Source: an uncultured Ignavibacteriaceae bacterium (GTDB lineage: Bacteria > Bacteroidota > Ignavibacteria > UBA10030). Taken from it: a stretch of 64,000 nt of DNA. Positions 50,420 to 58,948 of this stretch are shown here, one piece after another. Within the stretch, counting starts at the first letter, position 1, and each line of letters opens with the position of its first letter. The translations under genes and the position numbers were made by a program. Below the pieces are notes generated by a model, which saw only the letters and a program-made list of their open reading frames with translations, was not told the origin of the DNA and did no database searches. The DNA lies in the NCBI GenBank assembly GCA_964480945.1, contig CAYZRX010000001.1:48584-112583 (forward strand), written 5' to 3'.

Positions 50420-51031
50420 TCATCTCGGGCTTGTGTATCGAAGTGCTCTCTTGATGAGATCCTGAAGTGAGATCCCGGTTCCTGCGGACTCATTCAATAC
50501 CTGGCGTATGGCTTTCTCCGCAACCTGACGGTTGTAGCCGAGCGAGGTGAGGGCGAGGAGGGCCTCCTGCCGAATTCCCGCCTCCTGGTCCGCCGGGCCC
50601 ATCGCAGCAGACGACACCTGCTCCGCCAATTTGCCGACCTTGTCGCGCAGTTCGATGATGAGCCGCTCTGCGGTCTTCTTGCCCACGCCCGGGATCGCAG
50701 TGAGGGCGGCGAGGTCTCCCTTCGCGATATGCGATTTCATGTCAGCGACCGAGATGCCCGAGAGTATCCCTTGGGCGATCTTCGGCCCGATTCCGCTCAC
50801 GGAAATGAGCAGCTTGAACAGGAATCGTTCCTCCTCGGTTGCGAAGCCGTAGAGCTGGAGTGCGTCCTCGCGCACGTGAAGGTAGGTGAAGAGCGTGACG
50901 TGGGCGTTGAGATCCCCGAGTTTCTCAAACGTCGAGAGAGGGATAAGGACGCCGTAGCCGACTCCATTCACATCGACGAGGATTTCCGTCGGCGTCTTGA
51001 CTCTCAGAATGCCGCTCAATGAGGCGATCAT
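50420..51031 (-). CDS. ruvA: Holliday junction binding protein RuvA
   Basis: VNGVGY, VREDALQLYGF, VSGIGPK, IPGVGKKTAER, ALTSLGY. Confidence 0.96.
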   Translation of the reverse strand: MIASLSGILRVKTPTEILVDVNGVGYGVLIPLSTFEKLGDLNAHVTLFTYLHVREDALQLYGFATEEERFLFKLLISVSGIGPKIAQGILSGISVADMKSHIAKGDLAALTAIPGVGKKTAERLIIELRDKVGKLAEQVSSAAMGPADQEAGIRQEALLALTSLGYNRQVAEKAIRQVLNESAGTGISLQDLIKRALRYTSPR

Positions 51032-51600
51032 CGGGACTTCCTGATACGTTCGGGATGTGATTCAATGAACGACTTCCAGTCGGCCATGGTCTTCTTTGAA
51101 CCGGGTTTCCCCTTGTGAGACTTGCCATCCCCGTGGCTTCGCTGGTAGTGACAGATGGCGACGGCCAGCGCATCTGTTGCATCATAGTATTTTGGAGGGG
51201 CTTTGAGCTTCAGGATGGACTGCACCATATAACTGACCTGCTCTTTTGAGGCTCCCCCGTTTCCAACGACGGCCCGCTTAACCTCTCGGGGTGAGTACTC
51301 CGCCGTCGGGATTTCGCGGTTCACGGCTGCCAGAATGGAAACGCCGCGGGCGTGACCGAGCTTCATGGCGGACTGTGCGTTCTTGCCGTAGAACGCCGTC
51401 TCAATGGCAAACTCGTCGGGGTGGAACCGATCGATCACCCTGCACAGTGTCGCGTAGATAGCTCTCAGACGGAGAGGCATCCTCTGATCGCCCCGGTTCT
51501 TGACGACGTCGAACTCAAGCACCTTCAACTTGCCGCTCTTGGCTTCGATGACTCCATATCCGGTCGTGAGAGTTCCGGGGTCGACGCCGAGAATGATCAT
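51028..51600 (-). CDS. ruvC: Crossover junction endodeoxyribonuclease RuvC
   Basis: MIILGVDPG, AIETAFY, KLGHARG, DATDALAVAICH; start moved to ATG 51600. Confidence 0.96.
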   Translation of the reverse strand: MIILGVDPGTLTTGYGVIEAKSGKLKVLEFDVVKNRGDQRMPLRLRAIYATLCRVIDRFHPDEFAIETAFYGKNAQSAMKLGHARGVSILAAVNREIPTAEYSPREVKRAVVGNGGASKEQVSYMVQSILKLKAPPKYYDATDALAVAICHYQRSHGDGKSHKGKPGSKKTMADWKSFIESHPERIRKSR

Positions 51601-51602
51601 CT

Positions 51603-51672
51603 GGTTAATTGGTGAATGGTCAATTGGTGAGTGGTTGATTGGTGAATGGTTAATTGGTGAGTGGTTAGTTGG
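51603..51672. repeat. 15-mer tandem repeat (GGTYRATTGGTGART x4 plus a partial unit)
   Basis: GGTTAATTGGTGAAT GGTCAATTGGTGAGT GGTTGATTGGTGAAT GGTTAATTGGTGAGT GGTTAGTTGG. Confidence 0.85.
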
Positions 51673-51696
51673 CAAAAGCTAAACTGATGAATGGTT

Positions 51697-51726
51697 TGGG
51701 CCAAAGGCCCATCCGCCTCCGGCGGA
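51697..51726. mobile_element. 30-nt double-hairpin micro-insertion, copy 2
   Basis: TGGGCCAAAGGCCCATCCGCCTCCGGCGGA flanked by GGTT and AATTGGTGAGT; mobility inferred. Confidence 0.65.
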
Positions 51727-51772
51727 AATTGGTGAGTGGCGTATACGTCAGTTTGAGGATTTTGAGCCTCAT

Positions 51773-51828
51773 AGCCAATTAACTAATTAACTAGTTAACC
51801 AGTTAACGAGTTGACTCGTCAACCAGAC
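51773..51828. repeat. Degenerate octamer tandem tract
   Basis: AGCCAATT AACTAATT AACTAGTT AACCAGTT AACGAGTT GACTCGTC AACCAGAC. Confidence 0.8.
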
Positions 51829-51842
51829 AGCCCTTCACTCTC

Positions 51843-52595
51843 TCATCCCGCGCTGAAGCTCGCCATAACGCTTTCGTCGATATCGAAGTTGCTGTACACG
51901 TGTTGGACATCATCGTGCTCTTCCAGAGCTTCCATGAGCTTCAGGAGGACCTCCGCGTCTTTTCCTTCCACCTTCACCGTATTTTCGGGGATCATCTGGA
52001 GCTCGGCGTGCTCCATCGGAATTTCCCGTTGCTCGACGGCCTTCTTGACGGCTTCGAACGACTCCGGCGTCGTCGTGATCACGTAATGCTCCTCCTCGGT
52101 TGTCATGTCGTCAGCGCCAGCTTCCAGAATGATCTCCAGGAGGACGTCTTCGGCTACTTTGTTCTTCGGAACCGTGATCTGACCTTTCTTATGGAACTGG
52201 TACGCCACCGCGCCGGTCGCGGCGAGCTTTCCGTGATTGCGATCCAACACGTGGCGAAGTTCCGAAACGGTGCGTGTCTTATTGTCCGTCACCGTCTCGA
52301 CCAATATCGCGGCGCCTCCGGGACCGTAGATCTCGTAAGTCACATCTTCGTACGCCATTCCCGGCAGCTCGCCTGTGCCCTTCATGATCGCCCGCTTGAT
52401 ATTGTCCGCAGGCATGTTGTTGGCTTTCGCCTTCTCGATCGCAAGGCGAAGCCGGGGGTTTCCGCCCGGATCGCCGCCGCTGAGCCGGGCAGCAATTGTA
52501 ATCTCCTTGATGATCTGGGTGAACATCTTGCCGCGCCGTGCATCCGTGACGGCCTTCTTGCGGCGGATCTGATGCCATTTTGAATGACCAGACAT
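51843..52595 (-). CDS. yebC: YebC/PmpR family protein
   Basis: MSGHSKW, NPRLRLA, YGPGG, TDNKTRT, DDVQHVYSN; upstream of ruvC. Confidence 0.96.
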   Translation of the reverse strand: MSGHSKWHQIRRKKAVTDARRGKMFTQIIKEITIAARLSGGDPGGNPRLRLAIEKAKANNMPADNIKRAIMKGTGELPGMAYEDVTYEIYGPGGAAILVETVTDNKTRTVSELRHVLDRNHGKLAATGAVAYQFHKKGQITVPKNKVAEDVLLEIILEAGADDMTTEEEHYVITTTPESFEAVKKAVEQREIPMEHAELQMIPENTVKVEGKDAEVLLKLMEALEEHDDVQHVYSNFDIDESVMASFSAG

Positions 52596-52708
52596 GGGCG
52601 TCGCCTTTTTCGAAAAGTGAAACGTGATAAGATGTGAAACCTGCGACGGTAACTTCCCCGATCTTCCTGATTACTATTTGTATGCCTTATCCCTCAGCTC
52701 TTCAGAAC

Positions 52709-54463
52709 TCACTTCAAATCTCGAATCTTCAGCTGAGGGACAGTTTCTCCGGCAAACTCACCCTCGTCGAGCGAGAAAGCGAGGTCGACGGTCTTTCTTC
52801 CGTTGCCAAGCTTCTCGATCAGGCCTCCGAGACTGAAGCCGATTGCGTCGAAGATTTGGCCGTTCGTCTTGACCTTAAACTTCAGGTGGTTCTTGCCGAC
52901 GATCCTCGGCGCTCCATAGAGCTCGACGCCGCGCACGACGAACACGGGTCGCATGTTCCCGGGGCCGAACGGTGCAAATTGACCCAGCACCCGGACGAAC
53001 TTTGGCGTAAGCTCGCTTAGCGAGATTTCGGTATCGATGCGAATCTCGGGGGTGAGAAGCTCCTCGGTCAGCAGTTCTTTGGCAACCACGTTGAATGCCT
53101 CTTTGAACTCGTCAAGTCGGTCGATCTCCACGGAGAGTCCTGCCGCATACTTATGCCCGCCGAACTGGACGAGCTTGTCCTCGCATCGCCTGAGCGCCTG
53201 GTAGATGTCGAAGCCGGCGACGCTGCGGGCGGAGCCTTTCGCCACGCCGTCGACGGTCGTCATCATAATCGTGGGGCGATAGTACCGCTCCACAAGCCTT
53301 GATGCGACGATGCCGATGACGCCCGGGTGCCACGTCTCCTGATGGAGGACGATCGCGCTCTCGTTCTCAACGTCCAGGTACTTTTCGACGATCTGCTGCG
53401 CCTCGAGAAAGGTGTCTTCGTCGATCTTCCGGCGGTTACGGTTCTCTTCCTCGAAGACCTGGGCGAGCTCCAGCGCTCGAGCGTAAGAGTCGCAGGTGAG
53501 CAGTTCGACCGCACGAGTGGCGTCCCCCAGTCTGCCGACGGCATTAATGCGCGGCGCGAGAACAAAGACGATTTTGCCCGTCGTGATGGATCCGACCTTC
53601 AGGCCCGACGTCTCGATCAGCGCGTGGACGCCGGGGCGCGGGTTGGAGTTCAGGAGCTCCAGGCCCAGCTTGACAAGGACCCGATTCTCCCCTGTCAACC
53701 GGACGATATCTGCCGTCGTTGCGAGAGTGACGAAGTCGAGGTATCGCGAGAGGAAGCTTTCCTCATCCCCATCGATCAACGGGCGAACCGACTCGTGACG
53801 GGAGAGCGCCTGCACGAACTTGAACGCAACGCCGCAGCCGCAGAGATGTTTGTATGGATACTTGCAGTCGGGAAGCAAAGGGTCCAGCACCGCCAGAGCA
53901 TCGGGGACCGCGTCCCCCGGCTCATGATGGTCGCAAATGATCACCTCCATGCCGGAGCTGCGTGCAAGCTCCACCTGTTTGATTGCAGTAATGCCGCAAT
54001 CGACCGCAACGAGCAGTCGGACGCCCAGCTGTCTGGCACGCTCGATGCCGGCCTCCGAAAGCCCGTATCCCTCCTTGACGCGATCGGGGATATGGTAGTG
54101 AACATCGGCGCCGAGATTCTTCAGGAACGTCCACAACAAGGCCGTGCCGTTCGTTCCGTCCACATCGTAGTCGCCATAGACCAGGATCCTCTCCTTCTTT
54201 GAGACGGCTCCGACAATTCTGTCGACGGCTTGCTCCATGCCGTGCATAAGAAACGGATCGTGGAGGTCTTTCAGGGTTGGCCGAAAGTACGCTCGTGCCG
54301 ATTCAAACGTATCGATCCGACGCCGGACGAGTATCTCAGCAAGAACGATGGAGATGCCCAGCTCATCGCTCAGCTTCTTTGCCGCTTCCGGCGATGCCGG
54401 CGGGGAGGCTGCGGGGCTATCCGGATCTGTGAATGTCCACCGATATTCTCGGATTGGGGTCAT
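52709..54463 (-). CDS. recJ: ssDNA-specific exonuclease RecJ
   Basis: YGDYDVDG, DCGI, CDHH, PRINAVGR, WHPGVIGIVASR, GSARS, FGGH; start approximate. Confidence 0.95.
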   Translation of the reverse strand: MTPIREYRWTFTDPDSPAASPPASPEAAKKLSDELGISIVLAEILVRRRIDTFESARAYFRPTLKDLHDPFLMHGMEQAVDRIVGAVSKKERILVYGDYDVDGTNGTALLWTFLKNLGADVHYHIPDRVKEGYGLSEAGIERARQLGVRLLVAVDCGITAIKQVELARSSGMEVIICDHHEPGDAVPDALAVLDPLLPDCKYPYKHLCGCGVAFKFVQALSRHESVRPLIDGDEESFLSRYLDFVTLATTADIVRLTGENRVLVKLGLELLNSNPRPGVHALIETSGLKVGSITTGKIVFVLAPRINAVGRLGDATRAVELLTCDSYARALELAQVFEEENRNRRKIDEDTFLEAQQIVEKYLDVENESAIVLHQETWHPGVIGIVASRLVERYYRPTIMMTTVDGVAKGSARSVAGFDIYQALRRCEDKLVQFGGHKYAAGLSVEIDRLDEFKEAFNVVAKELLTEELLTPEIRIDTEISLSELTPKFVRVLGQFAPFGPGNMRPVFVVRGVELYGAPRIVGKNHLKFKVKTNGQIFDAIGFSLGGLIEKLGNGRKTVDLAFSLDEGEFAGETVPQLKIRDLK

Positions 54464-54572
54464 GGAGGCTCGATGCTTACCCATCTTGGCGCCGTCCTCG
54501 GAACGCAGTTCACTGATCGATTCAGTGCCCCTGGTCCAAGCCGGTGATGGGGGATGTGGATTGATAGAAGAA

Positions 54573-55038
54573 GCAGGCGTGATCGGTCGATAAGCCGAAT
54601 TCTGTCTGATCCCGCCTCGACCGAAGTCAAGACGGGGCGAGGCAGCCATTTCTCTTAGCGACCTACCCATCCCGTTTCTCGCGAGAGAGTTGAGCGGGCA
54701 GCTCTTCCCCGCCAGAGGCGGGGGCGGGACTTATTTGGTCTTGCACCAGGCGGGGTTTGTCTTGTCCCGCTCTGGCTTTCGCCAAAGCGGAATCCCTTTC
54801 GGGACCTCCGACATTACTGCCGGAGCGGTGGTCTCTTACACCACCATTTCACCTTTCTCCCGTCACCTTCAGCGAAGGTGATGGGATGTGTGTTTTCTGT
54901 GACACTATCCGTTCCAGCGGGATCTGGCCCGTTGGACCCTTGGTTGACCCAAGGCGCCACGCCCTATGGTGTTCGGACTTTCCTCCCCCCGTCCGCATGC
55001 GGCGGACGGGAAGCGGCTGCCTGACCGACCATACCTGC
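54573..55038 (-). ncRNA. rnpB: RNase P RNA, type A, lacking P18
   Basis: Minus strand carries GGAGGAAAGTCCG, ACAGAAAA, GGTGAAATGGTGGTGTAAGAGACCACC, GCAAGACCAAATA and ACAGAATTCGGCTTAT; the two ends pair as P1. Confidence 0.95.
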
Positions 55039-55069
55039 GTTGATAAAAAAAACCTGAGACAGCAAGGGA

Positions 55070-55486
55070 TCAGATCCGGATTCGCTTCCTGGAGTCGATC
55101 CCGAGATTCGCCAATTGGTCTGCTTCTTTGTTCTGTTCCCGACTAATATACTGAATCTCCATCTCAAATGGCGCTTTCGCCAACAGACGGTGTATCTTCA
55201 CGAAGTAAGCTTTCAAGGTCTGATCCTTGACCTTATATTCCCCCTTCAGTTGGCGCACCAGAAGTTCGCTGTCGGAATGGACGATCAGGCGGGTACATTT
55301 CGTTTCCGGAGCGGCTTTCAGGCAAGCGAGCAGAGCCTTGTATTCTGCAACGTTGTTGGTCCCTTCGCCGATGTACCCATAGCCCCGATTGATTGTTCTT
55401 CCATGTTCATCTTTGAACAGGAACCCGATTCCGCTCTCTCCGGGGTTGCCCCTCGCGGCACCATCAGTGAACGCGTGGACTGTCAT
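55070..55486 (-). CDS. rnhA: Ribonuclease HI family protein
   Basis: TDGAARGNPG, TNNVAEY, SDSELLVRQ, REQNKEADQLAN. Confidence 0.92.
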   Translation of the reverse strand: MTVHAFTDGAARGNPGESGIGFLFKDEHGRTINRGYGYIGEGTNNVAEYKALLACLKAAPETKCTRLIVHSDSELLVRQLKGEYKVKDQTLKAYFVKIHRLLAKAPFEMEIQYISREQNKEADQLANLGIDSRKRIRI

Positions 55487-56214
55487 AGGGCGGAGGAGTA
55501 GCTCTCGACGATTTCATCGGACACGAGGAGGCGGCCGCAATTCTCGCAGGTCATGAGCCTGGAGTTCTTGCGCAATTCGACGGAGACTTGCGGCGGCACT
55601 CGCTTGAAGCATCCACCGCAGGCGTTGCGGCGAACCGCGACGACGGCTTTGCCGCCCATCGCGTTTCTGATCCTCTCGTAGAGTCGAATATCAGTCTTCT
55701 CGATCCGGACAATGAGCTTTTCCCGCTCGTGCTTCAGCCTCAGTTCCTCGTCTTCGTGTTCCTTGTTAACGTGGTCAAGCTCCGCTCGACGGTCTTTGAG
55801 CTCCTTTTCGAGCTCCTCGAGCTCCGGCGCCATCGTCTCGAGATCGGACTTCCCGAGCGAGGCTTTTCCTTCGACCGTTTCCATCTCTTTCTCTAGTTCG
55901 TTGATGCGTACCTGGGCAGCGTCGATCTCTCTTGTGAGCGCGTCATACTGACGGTTTGTCTTGATCTGGAATTGCTGTTCCTTGTACTTTTCGATGTTTT
56001 GCCTGGCGGAGATGATCTCAAGGTCGATCTGTTCGCGTCGCATCAAAGATTGCTTTACCAGCTCCTCCAGTTGCTTGCGTTCTGCGATCTTCTTTTCAAG
56101 CCGCTCTTCGAGCTCTCTCACCTGGTGTGGAAGATCTCCTTTCAGCTCCTGAAGCTCGTCGAGGCTGGAGTCAACTCTCTGAAGACCGTACAGCAACCGT
56201 AATCTGTTTTCCAA
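55483..56214 (-). CDS. Coiled-coil protein with C4 zinc ribbon (DUF164-like)
   Basis: Long coiled coil with CGGC...CENCGRLL; usual position between nif3 and rnhA. Confidence 0.9.
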   Translation of the reverse strand: MENRLRLLYGLQRVDSSLDELQELKGDLPHQVRELEERLEKKIAERKQLEELVKQSLMRREQIDLEIISARQNIEKYKEQQFQIKTNRQYDALTREIDAAQVRINELEKEMETVEGKASLGKSDLETMAPELEELEKELKDRRAELDHVNKEHEDEELRLKHEREKLIVRIEKTDIRLYERIRNAMGGKAVVAVRRNACGGCFKRVPPQVSVELRKNSRLMTCENCGRLLVSDEIVESYSSAL

Positions 56215-56227
56215 ATAACCCTCCTTA

Positions 56228-57334
56228 CTATGAGCAGTGAGTCGGATTCGTTGAATGTTGAGAAACTATCACCCGGATCGCATTGCCCGAGCGCCGAATA
56301 GCATCGCGAAGCCGTCCTTCGATCGAAGGAAGGACGACATGCTCGGTCTCCCAATGGCCGGCATCGACGAGAGCGATGCGTCCTTTCGCGTCGTAAAAAG
56401 TGTGGTATCGGACGTCGGCTGTTACGAAGACATCGGCCTCGGCAGCCACCGCTTCCTCGAGCAGGTCCGAGCCGCTTCCTCCGCAGACAGCGACCCTCCG
56501 AATGCTCTGGCGAAGGTTCCCCACATATCGGGTTGCTTCCGCGTTTAACGCCTTCTTCATCTTGGAGAGGAACGATCCCAAGGTCACTCGCTTCGTCAGC
56601 TCGCCGAGGGCTCCCATGCCGAAATTGGGATTCGGGTTCTCGAGCGTATAGACGTCGTACGCCATTTCTTCGTACGGATGGACGGCCTTCGCAGCAGCCG
56701 TCACCGCTTGCACCTTCGCACGAGGGAGAATCATCTCGAGACGGACTTCATCGACGGCCTCGAGCCGCTGAGCTTCACCGAGAAAGGGCTTCGCTTCATC
56801 CGTCCCGCGAAACGTTCCCGTTCCCTTGATGCGAAACGAACAAGAGGTGTAGTTCCCGATGACGCCGGCCCCGGCCTTTGCCATCGCGTGTGCGACCCTG
56901 TCAACATACGCTTCAGGCACGAAGACGGTAAGCTTGACGAGAGAATCCTTCAGCGGGGAGAGGAAGCGAATGTTCGTAAGACCCAGAGCCTTGGCGAGTG
57001 CAAAGCTTACCCCGTCACGTGCGAAGTCGAGGTTTGTGTGTGTGGAATAGAGGGCAATCCGATGTTCTGCGAGCGACAGGACCTTTTTCCCCACGGCATG
57101 GGAAGTTGTGATGGACGAGGGCGGCCGGAACAGCAGCGGATGATGGGAAATAATGAGATCGACCCTCTTGGCAACGGCCTCGGCGATCACCTCGTCCGTG
57201 ACGTCGAGCGCGACGAGGATCTTTCGGACGGGTTTTGAGCGATCCCCGACCTGCAGGCCGACATTGTCCCGTTCCCACGCTGTCCACCGTGGCGTCCAAT
57301 CTTCAAAGAATCGTTCGATATCAGCGACGGTCAT
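56228..57334 (-). CDS. Nif3-like dinuclear metal center protein
   Basis: DNVGLQVG, HHPLLF, HTNLD, HPYEE, CGGSG, DAGHWETE; start moved to ATG 57334. Confidence 0.93.
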   Translation of the reverse strand: MTVADIERFFEDWTPRWTAWERDNVGLQVGDRSKPVRKILVALDVTDEVIAEAVAKRVDLIISHHPLLFRPPSSITTSHAVGKKVLSLAEHRIALYSTHTNLDFARDGVSFALAKALGLTNIRFLSPLKDSLVKLTVFVPEAYVDRVAHAMAKAGAGVIGNYTSCSFRIKGTGTFRGTDEAKPFLGEAQRLEAVDEVRLEMILPRAKVQAVTAAAKAVHPYEEMAYDVYTLENPNPNFGMGALGELTKRVTLGSFLSKMKKALNAEATRYVGNLRQSIRRVAVCGGSGSDLLEEAVAAEADVFVTADVRYHTFYDAKGRIALVDAGHWETEHVVLPSIEGRLRDAIRRSGNAIRVIVSQHSTNPTHCS

Positions 57335-57355
57335 TGAAGGATCGGGCCCTGTGTC

Positions 57356-57392
57356 AAAAAAAAGTGTCCCGCTTTTTGGGCGGGACACTTTT
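57356..57392 (-). terminator. Rho-independent terminator
   Basis: Minus strand AAAAGTGTCCCGC-CCAAAAA-GCGGGACAC-T8. Confidence 0.8.
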
Positions 57393-57520
57393 CGGTGGTC
57401 TCTTGTGTCGGAAACTTGTAATCGAGTTGTTTGGTCCTTGTCCTGATTGACATCGTTCAGAAGCCAAACCCTACATCGGACTGATTCCCTTGCACGCTCT
57501 CTTGAGAGACGCTGCGTTCA
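57356..57520 (-). ncRNA. Candidate sRNA or leader (~165 nt)
   Basis: Bounded by a sigma70-like promoter and an intrinsic terminator; no family recognised. Confidence 0.4.
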
Positions 57521-57525
57521 CGAAC

Positions 57526-57554
57526 AGTATAGAGAAATTTGGTCACAAAAGCAA
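57526..57554 (-). promoter_or_regulatory. Sigma70-type promoter
   Basis: TTGCTT-N17-TATACT on the minus strand. Confidence 0.6.
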
Positions 57555-57663
57555 GCGACGACTGAGCGGCAGGTCGCCGGTCCTTCATCGCCGGAGGAGA
57601 CGTTGGCCCTCCGTCGGGCATCTGGAGCGTACGGCGGTTTCGTTCGTCCGCCGCGCCTGAGAC

Positions 57664-58374
57664 TCAATCTCGCTTACTTCCTTTTTGTGTCCCCGTTTCG
57701 TGGAAATCCGCTCTTTCGAAGCTGATGTCGCGGAGACGTTTGACTTCACCTTCGATCTTCTGGAAATTGTCTTCGAACATCGTCAGAAGATCCTTATCCT
57801 CCCGTGAAAGCTGCTGTCTTCGGATCAAATCGGAGCTGATCTTGATGGCCGCGAGCGGGTTGTTGAATTCATGGCAGACCGTCACGACCAGTTCGCGGAT
57901 TGCCTCAGCCCGCTTCTCGGCAATGAGCATTCGTTTCTCCACCGCCTTGATCTGCTTGTGCATCCGTACCCGGTCGAGGACGTTGATGATCGTCCGCGGG
58001 AGGAGCGACTCGGCCAGGTCCTCTTTGATGAGGAAATCCTCGACCCCAAGTTTCATAGCCTCGATGGCGAGCTTGAAATCGCGGGTTGCAGTCACAAAGA
58101 CAATGGGTATCTCCGAATTCATCTGGCTCAGTTGCAGGCAAAACTCCAGCCCGTTCGAGCCGGGGAAAACGTAGTCCGTTAAGATGAGGTCGAGATTCGC
58201 GTTCTGTTTGACCTCTTCGAGTGCGTCCTCCACGCTCTCTTTCCAGGTGAGCTTGAATTCGCGATTCTGGAATTGCTGGAGTTGTCGCTGTACGATCTTG
58301 GCGAAGCCGATGTCGTCATCGACGAGCAGAACCGTAATAGGTTTGGGATTCTTGGAAAACGTAGGGGTGCTCAT
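57664..58374 (-). CDS. Response regulator with HisKA (DHp) domain and no ATPase domain
   Basis: VLLVDDD, LTDYVFPG, EAMKLG, then VCHEFNNPLAAI; stops without N/G boxes. Confidence 0.85.
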   Translation of the reverse strand: MSTPTFSKNPKPITVLLVDDDIGFAKIVQRQLQQFQNREFKLTWKESVEDALEEVKQNANLDLILTDYVFPGSNGLEFCLQLSQMNSEIPIVFVTATRDFKLAIEAMKLGVEDFLIKEDLAESLLPRTIINVLDRVRMHKQIKAVEKRMLIAEKRAEAIRELVVTVCHEFNNPLAAIKISSDLIRRQQLSREDKDLLTMFEDNFQKIEGEVKRLRDISFERADFHETGTQKGSKRD

Positions 58375-58450
58375 TTCCTCTTCAAGGTAAGAGAAGTTTG
58401 AATTACTTGCAATTCTGGCAGACGGCCGCATCGGAGGGGAGTCGGAGTGG

Positions 58451-58479
58451 TTGCTTTTCTAGGGGAAATTCTCTATACT
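58451..58479 (+). promoter_or_regulatory. Sigma70-type promoter
   Basis: TTGCTT-N17-TATACT. Confidence 0.6.
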
Positions 58480-58552
58480 CCAGCGATTCGTATCGATGGG
58501 AAGCGGAGCGCGGATTGCCTACCAGTCAGCCGGCCGTCGAAGGAGAATTGCT

Positions 58553-58924
58553 ATGCCAGAAAAGAACAAAATTCTTGTGGTGGATGATGAAGATGCTTTG
58601 CGAACCGTCCTCAGTGCGGAGCTGGAGGGGGAAGGATACAAAGTCTCCTCCGCGGCGGACGGAGCCGACGCAATCAATGTGCTGAAGTCTCAAACCTTCG
58701 ATCTGATTCTCCTGGATATCAAGATGCCTAATGTCGACGGCTTCGAGGTACTGAAGTTTGTGAAGGAGAACCAGCCTGCCACCAAGGTCATCATGCTGAC
58801 CGGCTTTGCTGATCTTAAGAACGCCATCGAGTCGAAGAAGCTTGGAGCGGAGGACTTCGTCAGTAAACCCTACGATCTTGTAGACCTACTCACAACCGTG
58901 GAACGCGTCCTCAGCGGCGTTTAG
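58553..58924 (+). CDS. Single-domain response regulator
   Basis: ILVVDDE, LLDIKMP, MLTG, SKPYD; RBS AAGGAG. Confidence 0.92.
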   Translation: MPEKNKILVVDDEDALRTVLSAELEGEGYKVSSAADGADAINVLKSQTFDLILLDIKMPNVDGFEVLKFVKENQPATKVIMLTGFADLKNAIESKKLGAEDFVSKPYDLVDLLTTVERVLSGV

Positions 58925-58948
58925 TCCTGCCAGTCCGGGGGAGACCAC

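Noticed and set aside
51603-51828. Possible CRISPR array
   Set aside because: Units are 8-15 nt and contiguous, with no unique spacers and no cas genes
54464-54670. N-terminal extension of RecJ in the ORF track
   Set aside because: Runs into the 3' part of rnpB; not RecJ-like
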